Shown: one piece after another, positions 55,714 through 64,000 of the stretch | Position numbering within the stretch: position 1 is the stretch's first letter | How the letters are laid out: every line of letters starts with the position of its first letter | Origin: Rotaria socialis | Lineage: Eukaryota | Length of the DNA stretch: 64,000 bases | Direction: 5' to 3' | Assembly: GCA_905331295.1 (NCBI GenBank) | Contig: CAJNYD010000058.1 | Coordinates: 1 to 64,000, forward strand | Position numbers and translations under genes: made by a program | The notes under the pieces: generated by a model | Told to the model about the DNA's origin: nothing | The model's input: the letters and a program-made list of their open reading frames with translations, nothing else | Database searches by the model: none

Positions 55714-56079
55714 ATGGCTTCTGTTGGTGTTGAAAACAAAAACAAAGAACATATCACGACAACTGTAGATGAAATAAATTCGATGATAGTACCTGAATCT
55801 GTTCATGATCATTCTCATGTATGTAATGATCCAACACATAATCATGAGAAACCATCAATTTTCAATCAAAGTGATTTATATTCGTCATTGTTGGGTGCGA
55901 CAAATGAAACGCCAGCGAAGCGAAAACATAAGAAACCTAAAAAGCAAACTGCAATACTTGCTGAAGCAATTCCTGGTAATCGTGGCAATGAAAACATCGA
56001 TGATCTTGTAAACTTTATTAATGGTCCGTCATCGACAAACGATAAAAAACAAAAAAAGAAATCAACATCAACCAACTAA
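55714..56079 (+). CDS. Small (~121 aa) hydrophilic protein of unknown function, head-to-head with SRRT
   Basis: Intronless ORF with His-rich HDHSHVCNDPTHNH, basic NLS-like KRKHKKPKK and a IPGNRGNENIDDLVNFING motif. Composition is coding-like. Confidence 0.7.
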   Translation: MASVGVENKNKEHITTTVDEINSMIVPESVHDHSHVCNDPTHNHEKPSIFNQSDLYSSLLGATNETPAKRKHKKPKKQTAILAEAIPGNRGNENIDDLVNFINGPSSTNDKKQKKKSTSTN

Positions 56080-56342
56080 CGAAGTGCGTTTTTTTTCATT
56101 TTCGAATACATTTAGCTATTTTTTTTATTAATTTTATTATTATTATTATTATTCACGATATAACATAGAAATGTCAAGTCTTATTGATAAAAAAACAAAC
56201 AAAAATTATTTCTCTATGAATAAAATTAAAACTATGGAAATTATAATACGAATAAATGAGAAACAAAAAAAGAACGAAAATCACTGTCTTATAAGAAACA
56301 ATAATTTTTGTTTTCTGATCTATTTAATGAGATTTGAAAAAT

Positions 56343-59300
56343 TTATTTTTTGATTTGCTTTTTTTTTGTTTTACCATTTGTTGATGAGGTTTTCTTCGAA
56401 GACAACGGTTTTGATGAAGATGGAGGCGGAGATTCTTCAGTAACAATAGTATTTGATCCACTTTCGTCGTCAACATTATTGATTTCATCGTCAACTAATT
56501 GCATGAAGTCTTTACGAAAGATGATACTTTTGAAAGCAACTTTTACAATGTGATAACTAAAAGAAAAAAAAATACAATAAAATGATTTTTTTTTGAATGC
56601 ATATGCACAATTTTTAGAGGATGAAAATAAAGTGAAACTACTTCTGTATTGTAAACAATTATAAAGAATGAAGTTTTCAAAATTATGAATGATTGAAAAA
56701 TATTACTTGACATTTTGATATGAAAATGGATAGGTGAATAATAGATAATCTATAGAAATCTGCTGGTGTTTCCATGTTTGAGCTTCTTTTTATTACTTAC
56801 GTACATTAGATCGAATGTGTCTATAGGCTTTTATTTTCAACGTAAATTAGTTTTACTAGTCTTATCATTTCGAAAAAGTAATTTGTCAAACAACCAAAAT
56901 GCAGTGATTCGAAGTTTTGCAAAATCTATTATTATAGTAAAATCGTGTTATGTACAAAGTTCTGTGTACTATTCATTTCTTAAGAATTTTCACTCTTATT
57001 AAATTACATGATGATTGACAATTATTTTTATGCAGTTAAAACTTTCTTATACTTGATCGTGAATTTCTCTGTGAGTAAATCTTATTATTATAGATTACGT
57101 TTTTGCATTGGAAAATTATCCATATTTTTAGCAATGTATTCTATTAACATCTTAGACAGCCTATCAATATTCATTAAAATCAATAAAACATTTTCTATAC
57201 TTTACCATCGTAAAAATTGTTTCTTTTTTCTATTCATCAATGCTTTAAATACACGAAGAGTTCGTTCTTGTACTTTAACTTTTGAATCTAAACGTTTAAC
57301 TATTGATCGATTCATACTGGTTTCAAATTGTAAACGAATATTAGTCCAATTTGTACTTGTTTCATTTTTGTTATGAATTTTATAATCAATTGGAATTTCT
57401 AATAATTCATGAATTGTTTTATGACGTAATTCTTCAAAAACATTTTCATATGACAGACGAACAAGATCAGCTTCTTCTTTATCACTGTGCAAAGGACGAT
57501 TACGTACAATTGTTTCATTCAGTAATCGATCAGTTAAATTATAAAATCGATCCCATAATTGAACGATATCAGCATCCGATTGATTTAAATAAACATACAT
57601 ATAACATGAAGGTGTTGGTGATACTGTGTGAACTAAAAGAAAAAACGTCTCTGTTTTTCTTATAAATAGAAACTTCTAATAAAACTGACCATTATGATAA
57701 TCTCCATTTGGTACTGTCGTATTTTCTCCAACATTTAAAGTAATATTTTTCTTTAAACTTATTAATTCAACTATAATTTGACCTTCAAGTACTTCAATAG
57801 TTGTATTCAAATCCGGAGGTATGTAATTTTCAAGAAAGAGACCTAAATATATTTTTAGATTTTGAAAAAAGAAGATAATTTCTTCGTTTTACCTGGAAAA
57901 TCAGCAACAAATGTTACGAGAACATTTTGATCTTTGCTTGATAATGTATTTTCAATTTTTTGCATTCGTGTTCTCCAATCACTTAAATTTGTTAATAACG
58001 GTTGTAACCATGGTGTATCTTCAAATGTACTCCATTTAACATCTGCAGAAAGTAAATCAATGCGCGGGTCGATTTGTCGTTGATTAAATCGTCCATTCAT
58101 TGAACGCCAGATATCAAAACGAATTTCAACATCATCATAATTATGTTCTTTCAATTTTCCTTTTATACATTGAGCATATTGAACTAGAAGAAAAATAAGA
58201 AGCTTCTGACGTTTCTTTTTCTTATAAAAAAAAAAGAATATTTACCAATCATATCGGCATGAGAACTCCATCGTTTTGCTGATGCCCATGCTGTTGGTTT
58301 TAAGTAATGAACTTCGTCAGTAGATTTATCAATAAAAGTTATTTTTACGTGTTGACTATTTAGAAAAGAAAATTTGAAATTAGATAAAATTTAACGAAAT
58401 ACTATTCTTACGTATGCCAACTGTGTACCATCATATCCCATGAATAACCATAAAGACCCTAGAAAACTTTTCTATTTTTTATGCCAAAATAAATTCATCG
58501 AATGAACTTACATTTGTCCAATTATTATAACCTTTAGTAATAAAATGTGAATATGGTAAAAATGCTTGTTCAGTAAGATAAAGAAGTGCAAAAATTGTCA
58601 ACATTTTATGACGAAATGTTGCTTTAACAGGTGCATGTTTTACCGAAGTAGCATTTGCAATTGCTGATTTTAATGATGTCGTTTTTGATTCTTCTGGTTT
58701 GATTTCTTCTTTTGAATATAAACACGATGAACTATATTGTACTGGTTCTTCTTTATATAGAAATTTTGGTAGAACACGATTGACGAATTTTCTTAGCCAA
58801 TTATTATGAAAAAATACGGGAATCGTAGCAAGCATGGTATAGGGAAACATACCTGAAATTAAGAATTATTTTACAAAAACACCAATATTAAATCTTTTGA
58901 ATTCAATAGAACTGATTTACCGATATTAAACATTTGTGAATTCATAGTATGAAAAGCGGCACAAAAGACAATGGCAATCGGCCGTGAGCGGTCAAAAAAG
59001 AGAGCAAAACCAATGAATAGATCAAAGAGTAAACCACAAACATGCACAAGCAACCATGTAATTTGTTCGATTGTCATAAATGTTCTAAGAAAAACAAAAG
59101 CAAAACTATCTGTAAAGAATATTTACATTCTATTAAATAAACTACCGAAATGGTGAAAATACCCAATGATCACCTAATGAATCCATTGAATATCCAGCAA
59201 CCCAATCCCATTCGGTTTTTTTCAAACCAGCAATAAAATAAACAAGAAATATTTGATATCGAAGCAATGTATAATTCCATAATGGTACATGGGAATTACG

Positions 59301-60522
59301 AATTTTTTTTCGAAACAATAATCCATCGATTGACCTAAACCATAAAATTTAATTAATGATTTTAAAATAATACGAAAAAAATCAATCTTCAATCAGAAGA
59401 AGAAACCGTGTGAGAAAATGTGTGCAAAAAAAATCAAGATGACTAAAATTGAGTTTATTTTTAGCCCAAATGGTTTTAGACAAGAGAAGAAAAAAGACAT
59501 CACTCACTGACATTCACAATCCGATCTTTTTCTATAAAATAAAAATAGAATAGAAAATTCTTGCTTTTGTTATATGCTTATTTATATCAATAGATTTTGT
59601 TTCAGTTAGAGAAAATACACGAAATTAAAGCACAAGTTTTACCAGTAATGATGTGCATCAAAAAATATTAGTTGAAAACCAAGTAGACCATATAGATACG
59701 AATGATTGTTCCATGATGTTTTGTCAAGAAGAAAAATATACCAGTATGTTATTGCAAAAATGATTGCAGAGCAACGATAAAATAAGCCAAGAGTGATGCC
59801 AACAGCACCTAAAAAGAACATATACAAAAGTTCGCAAAATGAACATCTCGAATTCATACCGAGAAACATGATGAAATAAATGACAACCATGTATTCAGCA
59901 CGGAATGGCTCGAGAAAATTAAATAATGGAAATTGACACTCTCGATCTTCATTTGGATAGTAAAGATCAGCATGAGACATACCACGTTCTTGAGGAATAT
60001 CCAGCATCATCAGAATGCCTAAAATAATGAAAGGATATAAAATATAAAGCACAAAGTAAAATATTGTAATCAATACTAATAAATCTACGACAATAGTAAG
60101 CAATTTTTTCTTCGTCGATTGAAGCAAAAATAGTGAAAACTATATTGTCAATTTCTATTCACGCCTAATCACTTCGTAAAAAGAAAAATATCTAGCAAGA
60201 AACAGATCATTGGCGACGCACAAAGCAAACCTAGCTAGTTAATACTCGAGAATTAAATTGATATCTTTGTCTTTTGTCCTTAGCAAAACTAAGAAAAATT
60301 TGACAATATCAATATAGAATAGAATTATGTTTTTAAGAAGTGTTTCAATCGTGTTTTATTTCCTTTAATCATACCAAATAAGATACGAAATGCTGCTAAT
60401 GAACTTGGATCTTCTGGGCGATTCATTAGTTTAACAAAACTCGACCATGATTGAAAATCAGCCATTTCAACACCAAATAGTCGCCGCATAGTCGATAATT
60501 CTTGTTGCTTCTTTGGACCCAT
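56343..60522 (-). CDS. GGCX: Vitamin K-dependent gamma-glutamyl carboxylase, multi-exon
   Basis: [100 protein letters not shown]. Confidence 0.97.
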
Positions 60523-60723
60523 AAAGCAAGATGACTTATCTCAAATAGAAAATATAAATCTACTATATTAATTGCTAATTTTTTCTCTAACAAATAATTT
60601 TATGTAATAAACACAATAAAATTAAAATAAAAATAAATTGATATATCATTAAAAGCAACACACACATATAAATAGAGATTCTTGTGATCATATACATTTA
60701 TAATTGAATACTAGATATAATAT

Positions 60724-62642
60724 TTAACTTAAAAATTTCATGCTCATTTTATCGTCAGCATCAATACGATCGAGTGTTTTACAAAATTCTTCAAATGTGA
60801 TTGATTTATCGCCATCTTTATCCTAGAAACGAAGATGAATTACTGAAAATAAAGCTTGAAACTATAAAATATAGAAATACTAATTCATTGATGGTATGAT
60901 CAGCAATCATTTCAATTTGATCATCGTGTACATTTCCACCGATCATCATTTTAAGAACTTCAAGCAGTTCATTTCGATCAATTTTCATATCATGATTTCT
61001 ATCATACATCTAAATACAAAACAAAAAGCAATAACTAATGATTATTTTCTTTTTATTTAATTATGATTTACATCAAACAAAAATCGAAGTTTACTATTTC
61101 GTGTATTAAATTCTGTCACTGATGATTTAAATTTTGCTCTTCGAAATTTGGCAAGAAGAAAAATAAATTGTTGGAAATCAATTTTATTATTTTCACCATA
61201 ATCTTCCATTATAACATCAATTAAACGTTTACCTAATGGATTAATATTAACTTCAGATATGCATAGAAGATTTTCTCGTGTTAAAAATTCACAATTATTT
61301 TTGTCTAATATTTTAAAACGGCTATATAAACGTTGAACTTCTTTAGCAGTAAAACCTACGCGAAAAAAACACAGTTATCAAATATTAAGAAGCAATTGGG
61401 AAGTATTTCTCATTGATTTATTTCATCATTTGATTATAGATATTTATTTTCCCCTGCCTATTTCGCTTATACAACTATATTAATGAGAATTATGATTTAC
61501 GTATTACTCAATGATAACCTGTTAATTACAAGATTAAGATAATCGATTGTCTTGCGAGTCGAGAGTGAATGAATGTAGAACATTTTATATGATGAAAGGC
61601 TAAGAAAGACTACATCAAACTACTCATTCATATATGAACCAATGTGATGTTAAGTTTTCTAAGGTGAACATCATGACATTTTCGAAAGATACTCAATTCA
61701 AAAAAAAATATGAAGAATGATTTATTTGCTAATTGATAATTCTCTATAATGGTAATTATAAAAGTTAATTTTTAATTGAATTGAAAACTCATGTCAATTT
61801 ACAGTGTCTGATAAAATCATTTTTCATAATAATACTTACTTTTTATGTGAAGTAAAAATAATGATATGTTTTAGAACTTGAGAAACTTTCGAAAAACAAA
61901 GGTTTATCACTTTTGTAAAAAAGAACTTAATTCAAAAAGACGACTATGACAGAGACTCAATTGTTGCGTTCGTTCAAAAAACAAATGCAAATGATTATAA
62001 CGAAGTAGTTTGATAATTCTAGCATGCACGATATGAGAAACAAAAATCAAGAAAAAATCATCTTCTACAAGAAAATTTAATGAATTTGTTTTTCTTGCAT
62101 AAGAGTTTAATGCTGTCTGAGATACTCAGAAACGGATTTTCGAGATAACATGTAAGAATTCTATTGAATTACAGAAAATAATCATTTTTAAGATAAGAAA
62201 ATTGATCTTTCATATACAGTCATATTAAAATAAAAAACTATCACAAGTTTTACACCAGCATACTTACAGACAAAAAGCTGTTAAAGCTAATCTATTTTTT
62301 AATGGAAAGTTTAATGAATTAGAAAATTAACATTTCAATATTTAATAAAGCATTTAACGTAAAGATATTTATCCAACGGGTGAATATTTTTTTAACAAAA
62401 AACAAGTAATGAAGGATTTCTCTACATGGAATCTCATGTAATCATCGCAACATGTTGAATATATTCTCGAACAATGCATGCGTATTGTTCGTTAGGTATA
62501 CTCACTACTTTGAAATGCACAGCTCGTATTCATCACTCAATCAAAAAGTATTTGATCAAACTAATCCTATGAACAAACCTGTTTGTTGGCAAATAGTCTG
62601 TAAGTCTTCTTGCTGAGGCACTAGACTTGCATTTGAGCCCAT
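60724..62642 (-). CDS. CHP1: Calcineurin B homologous protein (CHP1-like EF-hand protein), 4 exons
   Basis: Myristoylation-type start MGSNAS; TGFTAKEVQRLYSRFKILDK; INPLGKRLI; KLRFLFDMYDRNHDMKIDRNELLEVLKMMIG; DKDGDKSITFEEFCKTL...KMSMKF. Confidence 0.88.
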
Positions 62643-62975
62643 ATCGATAGTGAATATTAATCTAAAATGTGTAGATACAGCTAAAGCAAACATTCTCCTG
62701 TTGAAGTGGAATACAGCTCAAGGCTTATGACCCTTTACATCAGTGCGACATGCATAGTATATGACTAGCAATTAAATATTCAATGCATTATTAAAATCGA
62801 TTGGTTCATGTAGTTATTATTTTTTTTCCGTTAAACGTTCTTATCAAGCGAAGTAATACAAAAGATTCATCAAAGATTTTGTTCGTTAACAAAAAAACTT
62901 AACAATGAATAACAAATAGTTTGAAATAATAAAAAAAGAGAGACTACGCTTTGCGATGAAAAGAAACCAAAAAGA

Positions 62976-63538
62976 TCACTCTTCAGATTCACCTGGTAAA
63001 CGAATATCATCAATTTTAAGTATCATTCGGACGAGTTGAGTTGCTAAACTTATCTGTTGTCTTTTACCAATAAGTGTTTCAATAACTGATTGAGCTTTCA
63101 TATCTAAATGTGAATATATTCTTTTTTAGTTATTTGTTTTAAATTCAAAAATAGTCAAACTTACCATTTGTTCCTTTATTCAAACAATCAATGCCTAATC
63201 GTGAATTGTTTTGAGCGATTTGTTGCGCTTTAACATCAGACACGAGTTTTATTGGTGAAAAACCACTATTTTCAGCCAAAGCCAATGGAACTGATTCAAG
63301 TGCATCAGCAAATGCTCGGATAGCATACTGTTCAATCGTTGGAATCTAAGTGGAAATAAATTTTTATCGAAATGAATTAAATATAAATTTATGTTCGAAC
63401 CTTGTTTGCTTCTTTGGCAACTTCAATGGCACATGATATTTCACAAGCACCACCACCGTAAACGATTCGATTGTCACGTACAAGATTTCTGACAACACAT
63501 AATGCATCATGTAAAGCACGTTTTGCTTCTTCAACAAT
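62976..63538 (-). CDS. CCT5: T-complex protein 1 subunit epsilon, last three exons (5' part lies beyond the window)
   Basis: [63 protein letters not shown]...[29 protein letters not shown]. Confidence 0.95.
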
Positions 63539-64000
63539 CTAAAAATGTGTTTGTTAGAAAAATGTATTCTTTAGTCAAGTGAAACCATTCAGATAATTAC
63601 TCACGAACGATAATGATATCATATATTTACAGAAGTTATATAGAATTTTTATGAAACTATTATTTTATTTCCCAACTTGACTATTGCATAGTTTTCTTGA
63701 TATTATTAGAATGAAAGATGAACTTCTACGTATTAAAAATTTTCTCTTTTGATTTCATATCAACTGGAAGTCTCAAAGTACTTTTATGATGAATAGAATA
63801 CTCGATAGTTTTGTATTTTATCTTCGTGTTGACGATTTTCAAGATTACAATAGTCGATATTACCTCGATTTTGTCTTTGACAATACATCATACTTGCAAA
63901 AATAAGTGCATCTCAAAAAAATCTCTCTTTCTCTTATGAAAGCAAGTAAATCATATGCTATCGAATAACAAAGCAATTAACTCTATGATCAACCATGCTG

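Noticed and set aside
56343..60522. Vitamin K-dependent carboxylase in an invertebrate as a novelty
   Set aside because: GGCX is already known from invertebrates such as Drosophila and Conus, so its presence is expected.

Overview
AT-rich eukaryotic (animal) genomic DNA with many short (~50-65 bp) GT-AG introns. Gene content and style suggest a bdelloid rotifer; this is an inference. Conserved metazoan genes are an ARID1/osa-like gene, macoilin, a DHHC palmitoyltransferase, jagunal, actin, serrate/ARS2, vitamin K-dependent gamma-carboxylase, a calcineurin B homologous protein and the 3' end of CCT5. A SUEL-lectin+CUB membrane protein, a TPR fragment and two orphan genes are also present. Three genes look non-metazoan in origin: an intronless GT15 (KRE2/KTR-type) mannosyltransferase, an intronless 83-aa fungal-like membrane protein, and a spliced, divergent 2OG-Fe(II) oxygenase of a bacterial/fungal/oomycete family. 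The most notable structural signals are: (i) tight co-directional gene clusters with an apparently unpaired splice acceptor just before the ATG, which are candidate operons resolved by SL trans-splicing; (ii) two decayed 5'-end-only gene duplications; (iii) a MITE nested in a MITE inside a macoilin intron; (iv) duplications around both N bases that look like collapsed heterozygous TE insertions. All homology calls come from motif recognition, not database searches.
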